A stretch of DNA of 64,000 nt, taken from contig OZ024746.1 of assembly GCA_964016885.1 (NCBI GenBank), positions 82,584,001 through 82,648,000 on the forward strand, in the 5' to 3' direction. Shown here one piece after another: positions 39,558 through 57,001 of the stretch. Each line of letters opens with the position of its first letter. Positions within the stretch are counted from its first letter, which is position 1. This stretch comes from Eledone cirrhosa (taxonomy: Eukaryota). A model generated the notes under the pieces. The model had not been told where the DNA came from. It made no database searches and saw only the letters and a list, made by a program, of their open reading frames with translations. A program made the position numbers and the translations under genes.

Positions 39558-39870
39558 TACACACACACATATATATATATATATACACACACACTCACAT
39601 ACATATATGGGGAGTGAAAATAAGATGAGTATCAATGAAAACATGTCGGTATTGCTTTTTAATTTATTAAAAGCAAAATAAAAGAATTATTTTCCTATGT
39701 TGCTAAGTAAATGTCATTTAAGGCGGGAGGAATATTCCTTAGTTTACGTCTAGTAATTATTTGTTCCTAAGATCTGTTGCTATTGTCCTTCAATTCAGTC
39801 TCAATTTATTTGACTTGCTCTATTATATCTTATTTCGTTGTATTATGTTTTATCTTAACATTTATTCCAT

Positions 39871-39873
<3 letters not shown>
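38964..39873 (+). repeat. Copy B of the local duplication
   Basis: Matches copy A (33321-34893) but lacks the SINE and the (TATG)n expansion. Confidence 0.9.
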
Positions 39874-40349
<476 letters not shown>

Positions 40350-41703
40350 AGTGTTAATATGTAAAGGAACAAAGAATCACTGTTGCATCATATGCAGATT
40401 TATTTTATTACATATTACATATGTTTTACTGTCGATCAGCTCGAGGAACGATCTATTAATGGTCGAACCTGACTCTGGAATCGGAAGCTTCTCAGATATA
40501 TTTTAATATGCAGGCTCGCGTCTGAGACTTTCTAGACAGTCTCAGACACGAGCCTGCATATTACTGATATTTATTTAGTCGTCATAAAACCACTGACAAG
40601 CAAAGTTGATCACAACAAGAATTGGACTTAAAACATATAGGGACGAAACCAAATATAGTAAAATATATAGTCCGGTGTTCCAGCTATTTTTGTCAATTTA
40701 TCGTTCTACTTAAGAGTAATATTACTCAAGAGAAGGATAAGATAACAACTGCACATTAATCTAATATAGTATTTACCGGACGTGTGAGTAAAATAGGACG
40801 CCCCTGGTGGTGGCTATAACTGATGATGATTGAAAAAGTTAGAAAAGCGAAGGAGAATCTAGGAAGTTAGAAATAGTTGAATATGGTGGGAATAAGTGAA
40901 ATCTGTATCTATTATAAGGGGAAATTTCTATAAAGTATGGCTGGTTCCACTGGGAAATGTAAAGAATTATAGAGACAAATCAAGCAACTTTCATTAAGAA
41001 ACTTTCTTAGATTACATTCTGTAAACTTCTGTTCAATATGGTTGCTTAAACTTAAATGGTTCAATCAAACTTAGTCGGACATTACGCTATGTTGGACATT
41101 AGTACCGTAACCTATCCTGCTAGTGCTATGTGGCTGACGTATGGTCTAGTGAAAATAAAGTAGTACAGTGGAAATAACAGAACCCTCACTCTCCTAATAC
41201 CAACCACCACAAATAGCATTGATATCACTACCAATGTGACTATAATTACAAACGCTAACTCTTTAATTATTAGCAAAAACACAATGATGACCATCTTGAT
41301 AATTATTGCTACCACTAACAGTAAATCAAGGCAGCATATTGGCAGAGTCGGTACAGCGTCGGACAAAACACTTAGTGGTATTTATTCTGGCTCAATATGC
41401 CCTGAGTTCAAATACTGCTGAGATCAACTTTACCTTTCATCCTTTCAGGGTCGATAAATAAAAGTACCAATTCAGTATTGGGGGTGATTCTATCTCCACG
41501 ACGACGACGACGACCACCACCACCATCACCACCACATCTAATACAACAACAATCCAATCACCACCTTATGACCCACGATCAACATATCTATATAATTGTT
41601 ATCCATGTTAACGTAATTTATATTATACATATATATATATATATACATAGTATACATAAACATATACAGACACTTATTGATCGATTACACACACACACAC
41701 ACG

Positions 41704-41751
<48 letters not shown>

Positions 41752-42197
41752 ATCACGCATTCACACACAACATACACACATGCATACATTAATATATACA
41801 CATATATTATATATTAACACACACTCTCACACACACATTAGATTCATAGCACCACAAGCCACCCGCAAACGCTTTATATTCGATATTTTATGTGTTATAT
41901 TTTATTTTATTTTTCCAACAGCACTACCAATTGAAACTGCAATTTTCTTTGATCTTAGTTCCATAGCAACCAAGAGTGGTGTGGGCACCAACAGCCAAGA
42001 ATCACATTACAATAGGTAGACTGTTAAAGGAAAAAGAAAAAAAACTAGTAAAGATTGAAAAAACAAACCCCAAACAAACAACAAGAGAAAAAAAATCGTC
42101 GAAAGATCAATACGTTGAACAAATTGAATGTATGTATAGAAGAATCTATCAATCTATCTACCTATCTATCTATCTATCTATGTGTGTGAATGTGTAT

Positions 42198-42405
<208 letters not shown>

Positions 42406-42420
42406 TATATATATACATAC

Positions 42421-42455
<35 letters not shown>

Positions 42456-42635
42456 TATACATACATATATATATGTATATATATATATATATATACACAC
42501 ACACATATACATATATGTACACAAACGCACTCACAAGCCGACACACATTCACGCGCACATATATACATACATACACACACACGTATACATTCATCCATAC
42601 ACACATACATACACACATACATTCATACATACATT

Positions 42636-42682
<47 letters not shown>

Positions 42683-42723
42683 CTCACTAACACCTAATTT
42701 TTACACACACACGCATAACTATG

Positions 42724-42849
<126 letters not shown>

Positions 42850-43128
42850 TATATATACATAGTTATGCGTGTGTGTGTGTGTGTGTAAATATATATATAT
42901 ATATATATCCTCTTTCCTTTTTTCTATTTCCTGCTCTCTCTTCACTATCTCATCTTTTCTTCCCCTCAGGGCCTTTTGATTGATAAAAGGCGTTGGGCGC
43001 GCTGCTGATCGATTTCGATGTCCTGTTTTAAGCGCCGAAACATCTATGATCTGCAGTTAACAGCTGATGATCCATATTACCATCTTAAACTTTGTTTACA
43101 GTAACCAGACAGCCCGCTTCGTTTCTTG

Positions 43129-43196
<68 letters not shown>

Positions 43197-43364
43197 GGAG
43201 GTGAGTTTTATTGTAGTACAATAAAGCAATGCAGATATCGGATAAGAAGCACTCTACAGTTTGTAGGACTGGAGTATACATAATATATAAGATCAAAAGA
43301 TGGTTATGTTGATTTAAAACTGCACTATTCACAAGTGTTTTTTAACCTTCATATCATGTCTTCC

Positions 43365-43435
43365 TATTTTATCTGATGAAAACACAAATGTTATTGCATG
43401 ATGATATTTGTTTTTGAAATGCGCATAATAAAATA
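43365..43435 (+). ncRNA. Type-I hammerhead ribozyme motif, best preserved in the window
   Basis: Perfect 8-bp helix I tattttat/ataaaata; CTGATGA; ~15-bp helix II; GAAA; palindromic helix III TGCGCA; TA with predicted cleavage after 43427. Confidence 0.85.
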
Positions 43436-43463
43436 CATGGAACTCTTTTAGCCATCTTTTGAT

Positions 43464-43509
<46 letters not shown>

Positions 43510-43574
43510 TACACAGACTCTCACTACTCTCTCACTACTCTCTCTCTCACACTTGCACAGATATATATAGTTCA

Positions 43575-43740
43575 ATCTGTGAAAGAAGCCTCATGAGGTG
43601 AAGTGGCTGATGCAGCGTGTGTCGCTGGCAGTTCTCTGCAGCATTGCTTTCACCATCTTGTCTGCGAAGCGTAACTATGATATACCACCGAGGCAGGGAT
43701 GTAGAATCTTCGCCTTGCTGCCCACTTTTTTTCATTATTC
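43575..43740 (+). mobile_element. Possible CRE-like (RLE) non-LTR retrotransposon 3' fragment
   Basis: EVKWLMQRVSLAVLCSIAFTILSA resembles the C-terminal QRxSxAxxRGNAxxIL motif. Confidence 0.45.
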
Positions 43741-44099
43741 AATTTTACTCTCTTTTCTTGTTTATTATTCGAAATATTTATGTAAATAAAATTAGTATTG
43801 GTATATTGTGAAAAAAAACAATTCAGTTATATATATATCACTAGAATGCCAGCAACAATTTAGACTGGCGTTCCCTATATGGCTACTAGAATACCAATAC
43901 TATTCATATATACACCGGTCAGAGATGTGAACACCACGAGAAATCAGTCTTTCCAATTGCTAATACTATCTAACGGTCGTAACTCCAGGTAGAAGGAGCA
44001 ACATGAAATAAAGTGTCTTGCTCAAGGATAAACGCATCGAACGGTCCGGGAATCGAATTCACAAGTAACATATGAAAAAATAAAACCATGCATCTTACA

Positions 44100-44155
44100 C
44101 TATCTGATGAGGATATGTCAGAGGGTCATTAATATCTTCAAAATACGTATAATAG
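44100..44155 (+). ncRNA. Hammerhead motif with G12A core substitution
   Basis: ctat CTGATGA ggatat...atatcttc AAAA TACGTA TA atag. CGAAA->CAAAA is consistent with CpG decay. Confidence 0.55.
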
Positions 44156-44344
44156 AATTATGTAATAAAAAGATGTACGAATAAAACCGTCTCTCTTATT
44201 CATAATATATATATATATATATATATATATACAGTATATATATAGTGTACGTGATTCAGTGAATTACTGGTGGTGATACCAAAACAAGCACTCTATGCAC
44301 CCATCATCTCACAAATTACAACAAACACTATATTTTTGTTACAT

Positions 44345-44438
44345 CGCCAGTCTGAAGAGCAGATCGATAATGAAGTCGGGTCCATAACTTCTATGGGTGA
44401 CACCGAGCCAATCTTTTGCGAAACGCGCATAACAGGTC
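44345..44438 (+). ncRNA. Type-I hammerhead motif with extended (~60-nt) helix II, intact core
   Basis: ccagt CTGAAGA GCAGA...TTTGC GAAA CGCGCA TA acagg; predicted cleavage after 44431. Confidence 0.7.
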
Positions 44439-44484
44439 GATATACAATAAAAATCTAAATACATGTAAAGGAAACATCATCGTT

Positions 44485-44567
<83 letters not shown>

Positions 44568-44883
44568 AGATAAGCAGAACAAGTAAAATTCAACCAATTT
44601 TTCAAAATAAATCAAAATTAATATACAATTAAAATTAATCAAAATTAAAAAATATAATATAAATATTTACCTATTCAAATGGCCCTAACTGTACAGTTTC
44701 ATGTTGCAAAACATTAGATATCACGTGGATATTAATGGAAAAGCAAAGATATATATATATATATATATATATATATTCTCTCCAAAATGGGTAACTGAAT
44801 ACACACATGCTTTTTCTCAAAAACATTTTTCCCTCTTCTCCTCACTCTTTATCTTTCTATTTCATTTTTTATCTTTCGTTCTA

Positions 44884-44919
44884 TCTTCTGATGAAAGACT
44901 AGTGTCCGAAATGTAAAGA
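44884..44919 (+). ncRNA. Minimal hammerhead motif (Penelope-type, extra A after the core)
   Basis: tctt CTGATGA A aGAC tagt GTCc GAAA TG TA aaga. Same family at 45211-45246 (core CTGTAGA) and 33187-33222 (core TTGATGA). Confidence 0.65.
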
Positions 44920-44987
44920 CTCTTTTCCTACTATATCAAGCGTATATTTCTTCATTGCACTGTGCAATTTTCTTTGTTGTTTCCATT

Positions 44988-45062
<75 letters not shown>

Positions 45063-45339
45063 AGGTGTGTGTGTATATATGTGTGTGTGTGTGTATAAAT
45101 ATATATATAGCTCTATATACGAAACAGTTTCTTTTCCATTTCAGGTAGAGCGCATTTTTTTTCCAATTCCAACCTGCCCGTCCCTTCAATCTTTTTAATT
45201 TTTCATTCTTTCTTCTGTAGAAGGACTAGCGTCTGAAACGTTAAGACCATCTTCCTGCTATTTTAAGCCTTAACCTAATATATTCCTTCCATATACTGTA
45301 CCGATTGTGGTGTTATTTCTAGTTTCTTCTTCTGCATCC

Positions 45340-45718
45340 GCCGCCATCGCCACCACCACCACCACCTCAACTACCAGCATCACCACCACCACCACCACCA
45401 CCAACACCTCAACTACCAGCATCACCACCAGCACCACTACCATTACCACGACCACCACCACTACCACCATTACCATCACCACCACCACCACCACCACCAC
45501 CACCACCACCACCACCGCCCCCACCACCACTGCTACCATCACCATCACTATCATCGCCACCACCACCACCACCACCACCACCACCGCCACCGCCACCTCT
45601 ACCACCACCACCACCGCCACCGCCACCTCTACCACCACCACCACCACCACCACCGCCACCGCCACCACCACCACCGCCACCGCCACCACCACCACCACCG
45701 CCAGCAGCAGCATCAGCA
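45340..45718. repeat. (CCA)n/(CCG)n trinucleotide repeat
   Basis: Read directly from the sequence. Confidence 0.9.
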
Positions 45719-46193
45719 GACAACGTATGTTTGTATTTTTTATGTCATGGCTTCCTGACGAAAACGAATAGAAAAGATAAAGTAAAATGAAAAAAAAAAA
45801 AAAAAAAAAATATAAAAGATTTGAAAAAAAAAATGACAAAAAGATAAAAATGAAATGAAACGATAAAAATAATATAAAAAATAATAATAAAAAAACATAA
45901 AAATATCCGATTTACTATTTTATTTCATTTGATTAGTTTTGTCGCCTCATTTTCGTATCTATATTGTCCTTTACAAACGGGTTCTTTACATGTCGGTTTA
46001 ATATTTATCAATATAAACCCACTTAAAGTCACCCTCTTCATATATTATAAGGGACACACCTGGGTACTCCTCTAAGCACCCGGTCATCTTGGATTAAGAA
46101 ATTAATAGTGGAATAAAAAATATATATATGTGCAACGCAATCTAAGATAAATAAGTGTGTATGTATGTGTGTACGTATGTATGTGTGTATGTG

Positions 46194-46277
<84 letters not shown>

Positions 46278-46294
46278 TATGTCTCTCTCTTTCG

Positions 46295-46346
<52 letters not shown>

Positions 46347-46461
46347 TGTCCCCTTCTTTTGTGCCCCTGTGGCTAATAAAGAAATCTATCTATCTATATA
46401 TATATATTTATTAAAATAACAGATTAAGTTTAAGCAAAGAATCGCTGCTTTCACCCACTAA

Positions 46462-46562
<101 letters not shown>

Positions 46563-48177
46563 ATATAAAAAATGTATATATATGTATATACATACATATA
46601 TACATACATATGTACATATGTACTCGCAACTTTTCCTCCTATATTAAGCGTGAAACTAATATATATCTTTATCGTCTGTTGTGTTTTTTCCATTTACCTT
46701 TCACACACACATACACATACACATGTGCACACACACAAATATGCATACCCCCCCCCCCCACACACACAGCCACACACAAACATACATACCCCCACACATA
46801 CATAGCTTGCTTGTTCGTCAAATGTATTATCTGCTGTTCTCCTACCAGATTTTATCAAGCATTAATAGATGAAATTGTTCTTATTTATGAGCTACGAAAA
46901 AAATAATGAGTAAAAGGAAGCGAAAAATACAATAAAAGCTACAAAAGTAAGGAAATTAGAGGGTATTTAGAATTTATAGAGAACGGTTATACTCATAGCA
47001 TATTGATTAGTTTATATATTTAAAATATAAACAACTATGGCAAATTGGCAAATGTCTCGGTATTTCTTCCGGTTCACTGCACTCAGCGTTCATATTTCAC
47101 CGACGTTAACTTCCTCTGTTATCCTTTCGAGGTCGATAAATAAAGTACCAGTGTACTTTTGGGCCGTTTCTTTCCCTTTTTGGAAGAAATCGGCTGTCAG
47201 GTTTAAAATACTGAAAATACGACACACCGTGTATTAAGACGCCCCCCCCCCCCCCCCTCTCTCTCTCTCTTCCTCACGACTCCACTAGGAGTTAAGGTCT
47301 TTAGTAATAAGTACTTTTGTTGTAATGGTAGCAGAAAGGCGTTCAAGAGAGATTCATAACGGTACAATTCAGAAAGGTAGCTATTCGATGTTGTACTGAT
47401 ATGTTAGTAGTGATTACTACTTCAGGATTACTACTTCAGATGTTTATATTCCATGGTAACGGAAAAGATCAGAAGGCATATTTCAAAACATAATAAAGAT
47501 TTATTTTTCCTTCATATTAATACAAGTACAAGGCGAGTGAAGAGCTGCAAACATATCGTATAATCAAGTTGAACGATAAATGTAATTCTCCGCAGAGTTA
47601 TATATCGAGATTACCCTCGGCTTTAGAGAGCAAGATCAAGAAAATCAGGAAGCGAGTTACTGCTCAGAAGAAGACCCTGAACGTAACTGCGGGAAAATTG
47701 ATAATTAGGCGCGAAATTGACTGTAGGGCGGAAGTCGTTCTTAGTATTCCTACGCCACCAACCCTTAGTATTCCAAGCGCGACCAAATTACTCCGCCGCG
47801 ATAAAGTAGCACTATTGCTTGCTACAGGTCTCTTTACCTTTACCTAAATATTAATAATAATTTTGAATGTATTAATAAGTTCGCTTCTATCATGTTGCTC
47901 AAGGTTATCTGAGTTAAACTAATATGTCCTACCAATCTGCATAAAACTATTATGAGGTATTGATTTAAATAGGTTAATATTTAAATTTATGACGACATTT
48001 TTTCAAAGTAAATTATTTTTAGTATTTGATTGTTATATAATGAAGGGGGATAATTAGGAGATATTGGTATTGCTTTTATGGGAAAATATTAGTGTGAATG
48101 AACTTATCCAAACATTCTTGCATTCGTACGGATTTAAATTGCGGATGTGCCCACATAGAAGCGTATGGAGCAGTTAT

Positions 48178-48300
48178 CGGCGTCGGCGATTAAACCGGCA
48201 ACCCCACCAAGCTTGCTTGATGAGGAGGGTGATTTTGGACACACTGCGGGATGAAAAACAAAACCCGTCAAAAGGCGGAGGAACTCAGGAGAGTCAACGA
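48178..48300 (+). repeat. Dispersed GC-rich repeat, possibly a LINE 5' region (second copy 56355-56483)
   Basis: cgtcggcga.taaaccggcaaccccaccaagcttgcttg.tgaggagggtgat...acccgtcaaa...gaactcag.agagtcaacg is shared by both loci. Origin not established. Confidence 0.6.
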
Positions 48301-48715
48301 CCATTCAATAAAGTTATCTTTTTTTTATCTTCTTTTTTTGTGGAGCGAGAGACTCCTAGTCTTGATTAAGACATCTCTCTAGGAGAAGGTCACTCTGATA
48401 TAAAACCTGCGACTTCATTTGCATCCAATGATGTAGATCTGTTCTTCTTTTTGGTTAAATGCATTCGATGTTCAGAGAGTTGGATCAGCCCCGTGCAAAA
48501 GACTTTCTTCACTTAAAAAATCTTCTAGCACGGGCATCGCTTGATATGTGACATTTTTTTGCGATGCATCGCATTGCTGGCCATAGGCAAGTCCCTAGCA
48601 GGACTAGAAAGCCACGTCGGTGATGCTCATGCTTAAGTAGCTAGTGATTACCGTTGGCCAAAGCAAGGTACATCAACCAACTCATACTCGATTGCGAGTG
48701 AAGGCTGTAGTTTTA

Positions 48716-50440
<1,725 letters not shown>

Positions 50441-51309
50441 TTGTATGTATTTAGGTGTACGAAGTGGGGATGCAGCAAAATTGTTGGACAATGAAAACAA
50501 GTAAGTAAAACATACTTTTAAAAATACATAAAGATCTACTTATATGTAGCTCAGCGTATAACCGACAGCCATACTAATAATAATGGTTTCTATTAAAGGC
50601 ACAAGGCCAGTAATTTGGGGAGGGGAAAGTCGATTAAATCGACCCCAGTACGTTACTGGTACTTTATTTTATCGACCATGTAAGGATGAAATGCAAAGTT
50701 AACCTCGGCGGGATTTGAACTCAGAATGGCAAGGGCCGTAACTCTATGCGTCAAAGCATGGCGTCTGACCCTCTGCAATAATAATAATAGGTAATTACAA
50801 AATTTACCTGGTTGGCGAAGTATATTCCTAAAATGTACTTCCTCTTTATTGAATGGACCTCTGTCGGTTTCGATGAAGAGTGTTGCAGCTGATCGATCAT
50901 GAAATTTAACGTGCAAATGACTGATCATTCAAATAAATTCAAATAAATTTTAAGGGAGATTCAGCGTAACACTGTGTGTGACAAGACTGAATTAGACGTA
51001 CAGTCAATGCGACAGACGAGCTTCCAAACAGTTTCTGTCTACCTAATTTCACTTAAAAGGCTTGGGTCAAACCGTGTATATGGTAAATAACACATGCTTA
51101 AGATACCATGAAGTAGGATCGAACCCGGGACCTAATGATTGTGTGGAGAACTCTTAAGTATTCGGTAATTGTGGGTAAAATGTGACTAAATTTAGCTCAG
51201 AGTTTTAGAAAATTAAGCGGTTGTATTGTAATTTTCAGGAGATATTTGAATTCATTTATGCATGAGATCACTGTCTCGATCAATTAATCTTATTCAAGCT
51301 AGAAATAAT

Positions 51310-51480
51310 TGTTTCTACTTTAGGCACAAGGCCAGCAATTACCCAGTGCATTACTGGTACTTTATTTTATCGACCCCGTAAGGATGAAAGGCAAAGTCAA
51401 CCTCGGCGGGATTTGAACTCAGATCGTAAAGGTACGTAACTATGCTGGAAAGCATGGCGTCCGATCCTCTACCGATACTG
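51310..51480 (-). mobile_element. Young-looking SINE with 13-bp TSD
   Basis: TSD agctagaaataat at 51297-51309 and 51481-51493; CpGs retained. Confidence 0.88.
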
Positions 51481-51520
51481 AGCTAGAAATAATGAATGTT
51501 TTTCTTATTCGAGAATTTAC

Positions 51521-51627
<107 letters not shown>

Positions 51628-51794
51628 CATGATTTCTTACGAATGAAAGAGTTCTGGTCCTGTAGAAGTCATAATAAAATGAATATACCTATACTCTACT
51701 AACGTATTTTGACAGTGGTCGCCTCCTGATTTGCATCGGGATCCTACATATATACACACACGCCCACACACGCACACACACGCACACACACACG

Positions 51795-51826
<32 letters not shown>

Positions 51827-51875
51827 CACATATATACATACACATACACGCACACACACACACATGCACACACAC

Positions 51876-51919
<44 letters not shown>

Positions 51920-52930
51920 ATATATACATACACGCAGACACACATATATATATATATATATACATATATACATATATATATACATGCGCATACACGCGCA
52001 CACACATATATATATATGTATATACAGGACTAGAACTGTTTCATTCAAAAGAAATCATATATATTGCCTTGACAACTGTAACTGATTTTCTTTCATTTCA
52101 AGTTTAGCTATTCCGCCTAAGTTGCATGTCGTTTTAACGATACTTTTTGGCACCATTTTTCTTCTATATTTATTACATACACTAGCAGAAGAACAACCCT
52201 ACGGGTGGTTTTCTGCTAGCATGTGTAGTGTGTATATTGATATTATACACAAATATATATACATGTAGATATGATACATCAAATAAAATCGTAATTGACA
52301 ATATACACAGAAATTGAACGAAGTCTGTGTTACACTGTCTTCTGTAATCAGTAAAGTAATCCATGATACATTAAAAAAAGACGATATTATATATAAACTG
52401 CAATAGGAGAAAATTAGCGACGGAAATATATGCGATATTTTTATAAGTGTTATAATATAACGGCCGCTAACCGGAAGTGTTGACATTATAAAATTTTAAA
52501 GAAGTGAATTTTAAAAATCTTTAAATAAGCTATAAAATATATTTAATCAAGAGCCACGAAATTTAGCACATAAATTATGTAATATTCATTTATTATTTAT
52601 TCAAAGTAATCCAACTTATTTTACAAACGAGGTAAAAATATATATTCTGGACGCAATCCCGCACTCCTTTCTTTATTATAGTTTAGATAGGACAAATCCC
52701 ACTCATACACAATGTTTATACAGTCACATGGCTTTGCAGATGATCAATGCAAATTGACAATAGAAAGGCGCTCCTACTCGAGTTAGAAGAGAACTATTGA
52801 CCGTCAGAAGCAGCGACCCCTGATTGTAGTCAGCAACCGAAACAAATATGAAGTACACCAAATCCACTGCTATTAGGGGCAGCCCTGGTCCTTCTTATTT
52901 GCGAGTGTAAACTCGGCCAGATTAGATTAG

Positions 52931-53710
52931 ATTATATAGCCAGACATATTTAGACACCCTCACAGACTATATATGGAGCTTTTCCTCTATATTCGCACTC
53001 ACACACAATACTTATACAGCCAGACATATTTAGACACCCTCACAGACTATATATGGACCTTTCCACCTATATTCGCACTCACACACAATGCTTATATAGC
53101 CAGACATATTTAGACACCCTCACAGACTATATATGGAGCTTTTCCTCTATATTCGCACTCACACACAATACTTATACAGCCAGACATATTTAGACACCCT
53201 CACAGACTATATATGGACCTTTCCACCTATATTCGCACTCACACACAATGCTTATATAGCCAGACATATTTAGACACCCTCACAGATTATATATGAACCT
53301 TTCCACCTATATTCGCACTCACACAATGCTTATACAGCCAGACATATTTAGACACCCTCACAGACTATATATGGACCTTTCCACCTATATTCGCACTCAC
53401 ACACAATGCTTATATAGCCAGACATATTTAGATACCCTCACAGACTATATATGGACCTTTTCCTCTATATTCGCACTCACACACAATGCTTATATAGCCA
53501 GACATATTTAGACACCCTCACAGACTATATATGGACCTTTCCACCTATATTCGCACTCACACACAATGCTTATATAGCCAGACATATTTAGATACCCTCA
53601 CAGACTATATATGGACCTTTTCCTCTATATTCGCACTCACACACAATGCTTATATAGCCAGACATATTTAGACACCCTCACAGACTATATATGGACCTTT
53701 CCACCTATAT
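52931..53710. repeat. 80-bp minisatellite, about 9.7 copies
   Basis: Unit cttatatagccagacatatttagacaccctcacagactatatatggacctttccacctatattcgcactcacacacaatg, starting at 53011, 53091, 53171, 53251 and onward; one unit is 78 bp. Confidence 0.95.
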
Positions 53711-53802
53711 ATGTGGTGATACATACAAAATATTAATGACAACACACTCATACTCACATGGCTCCCTTTTCTATTTTGTATTATTTCTTTCTACTTGTAC
53801 TA

Positions 53803-54800
53803 TTCCATACCGTCCCATACCATCCCACACCATCCTAAACCATATCATAACCTCCCATACTATCCCATACCATACTTTACCATGTCATTCCATCCCATAC
53901 CATCCCATACCTCACGTACTATACCATACCATAACCTCCCATACCAAACCATACAATCCCATACCATCCCATACCATCCAACACCATACCATTTCCTCCC
54001 ATACCATCCTATACCATACCATTTCCTCCCATACCATCCTATACCATCCCATACCCTCCAATACCATCCCACACCATACCATAACCGCCTATACCACAAC
54101 CGTACCATCATACCATCCCATACCATCCAATGCCATCCAATACTATACCATTTTCTCTCACACTCATACCATCCCATACCATCCAATACCATCCCACACC
54201 ATATCATAACCTCCCATACCATACCATACCATCCTATACCATACCATACCATACCATCCAATACCATCCCACACCATATCATAACCTCCCATACCATACC
54301 ATAGCATCCCATACCATCCAATGCCATCCAATACTATACCATTTTCTCTCATACTCATACCATTCCATGCCATCCCATACCATCCCATACCATCCAATAC
54401 CATCCCACACCATATCATAACCTCCCATACCATACCATCCTATACCATACCATCCCATACAATACGATATCATAACCTTCCATACCATCCGATACCATCC
54501 CATATCATCCTATACCATTCCATACCATACCATACCATCCCATACCATCCCATACCATCCAATACCATCCCACACCATATCATAACCTCCCATACCATCC
54601 CATACCATACCATCCCATACCATACGATATGATAACCTTCCATACCATCCGATACCATCCGATACCATCCCATACCATCCTATACCATTCCATACCATTC
54701 CATACCATTCCATACCATAACATCCTATACCATCCCATACCCTGCCATAATCTCCCATCCCATCCCATCCCATCCCATCCCATCCCATCCCATACCATTC
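53803..54800. repeat. Degenerate pentanucleotide satellite (CCATA/CCATC)n
   Basis: Read directly from the sequence. Confidence 0.9.
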
Positions 54801-55175
54801 CACGTTTGTCCTTCGTAATTCCCACTCCAAGGCTGTGTGTATATCTTTCCTATAGCAGTTTGTAATGGTCATTTGTCAAATATAGATTCCACCCTGCACC
54901 CAACTACACCACAGACAAACAGACATTTCTTCATATGTCATCAAACTCTTAAAATAATAAAAAAAAATCATGAAAAAAATACGAAAAGAAACAAAAACCA
55001 AAGCATTTTACATCGTGGGAATTTCACAGCCCCCCCCCCCCCCCCCCATTTCACACAATCATGATACAATTTCATAATTTGCACTTTCATACACGGCAGT
55101 CTTTTTTTTTTAACATGATGTTTATTTTCTTCATTTTTGCCGTTGGTTCCATTGTTGATGTTGTTGTTGCTGCGG

Positions 55176-55287
<112 letters not shown>

Positions 55288-55872
55288 ATCTTATGACGAG
55301 CAATGAAGACGCCTCTACGGAGTCTTGATCTTCTAGAAATAGCAACTAAATCTAGCTGAGAAGATATTGCTCCACATTAACTAAAAACACATATTGCATA
55401 AGGTCTTCCGAGATACTGTAGTTGAACAAAGATAAATAAAAAGATAGACTAGTTACGAATAGAACGCCTTTGATAATAGAAGATGAGAGCAGAAAGCTCT
55501 AGAAGCGTTGTGGAAACAAGGGTGCCATTATTTCAAATTAACTGCAAATATGCAAAATCATTTGTAAAAAGATTAAACTCGAACACAATCGTGTCTTTTA
55601 TATATATATATATATATATATTAAAGACACGATTGTGTTCGAGTTTAATCTGTTTTCTCTCTGTTGTTCTGCTCTTTCTCTCTCTTTCTCTTTCTCCGTA
55701 ACCCAACGGCTTATTTTAAAATATCCAATACTAACTTATTTTAAAATATCCAATACTAACTTACCTAATAATATAATTAAAGATATAACTCCACTATCCG
55801 GAAGCGTCTAACAGTAATGGTTGCATTCTTTAAGAGTATGTCAATATTTATTTATAAAACTGCTCTATATTA

Positions 55873-55937
55873 TATTTTATCTGATGAAAGCACACCATAA
55901 TTTAACTTGGTGTCCTTGAAATATGTATAATGAAATA
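55873..55937 (+). ncRNA. Type-I hammerhead ribozyme motif, intact core
   Basis: tattttat CTGATGA AAGcACACCA...TGGTGTcCTT GAAA TATGTA TA atgaaata. Shares the downstream tail (aatatggttttataaatatagtttccattt) with 24740 and 30203. Confidence 0.75.
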
Positions 55938-55985
55938 AATATGGTTTTATAAATATAGTTTCCATTTGTTAACAAATCGTATATA

Positions 55986-56019
<34 letters not shown>

Positions 56020-56072
56020 AATTCTAGTCCTGTAGAAATCATTTATATATGAAATATGTATATCCTCTACTA

Positions 56073-56222
<150 letters not shown>

Positions 56223-56900
56223 TAGTAGAGGATATACATATTTCATATATAAATGATTAGAATTTTTCATTTCTATGAAATACACACACCCACACACACA
56301 CATATATATATATGTATATATTGGTAACATGTAACCCAGTACAACCTGTCACATGGTCGGGTCGTCGGCGACTAAACCGGCAACCCCACCAAGCTTGCTT
56401 GTTGAGGAGGGTGATATTTGGACACCATGCGGGATGAAATACAAGACCCGTCAAAGGGCGGAAGAACTCAGCAGAGTCAACGGACTCCAAATAGTATTTT
56501 TTTTTTTTTGAGGGCTGTCGTTATATTTTCCGTGGCAAACATTTGCACCGAAGATATGTGTCATTAGTTCCAAAAAGTGTGGTTGGTCCTGCACAAACCT
56601 TCACCACTTAAAACAAAGCTTTGTGCGGGTAGTTCAATATCAGTTCATTTTCTCACATTTAACTTTTGATGGAGACTCATACGTCGGATATCGACGGGAG
56701 AGTCCATCATATATATACATACATATATATATGGAGAGAGATAGAGATAGAGATAGAGATAGATATATTTCTTTATTAGCCACAAGAGATAGAGATAGAT
56801 AGATAGATATGTTTCTTTATTAGCCACAGGGGCACAAAAGAAGGGGACAAATACAAAGGGGGAAGTTTAGTTTACATACAATAGATAGATAGATAGAGAA

Positions 56901-57001
<101 letters not shown>

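Noticed and set aside
45270-45839. Gly-rich, Thr-rich (mucin-like) and Val-rich ORFs
   Set aside because: All come from one (CCA)n repeat in different frames, with no splice or homology support.
52191-52219. Short hairpin ctagcagaa..ccc tac ggg..ttctgctag, a possible Helitron/Helentron end
   Set aside because: Could not identify the other terminus or a second copy; insufficient support.
52931-53710. Regularly spaced repeats resembling a CRISPR array
   Set aside because: Units are contiguous and near-identical with no unique spacers and no cas genes, in eukaryotic DNA.
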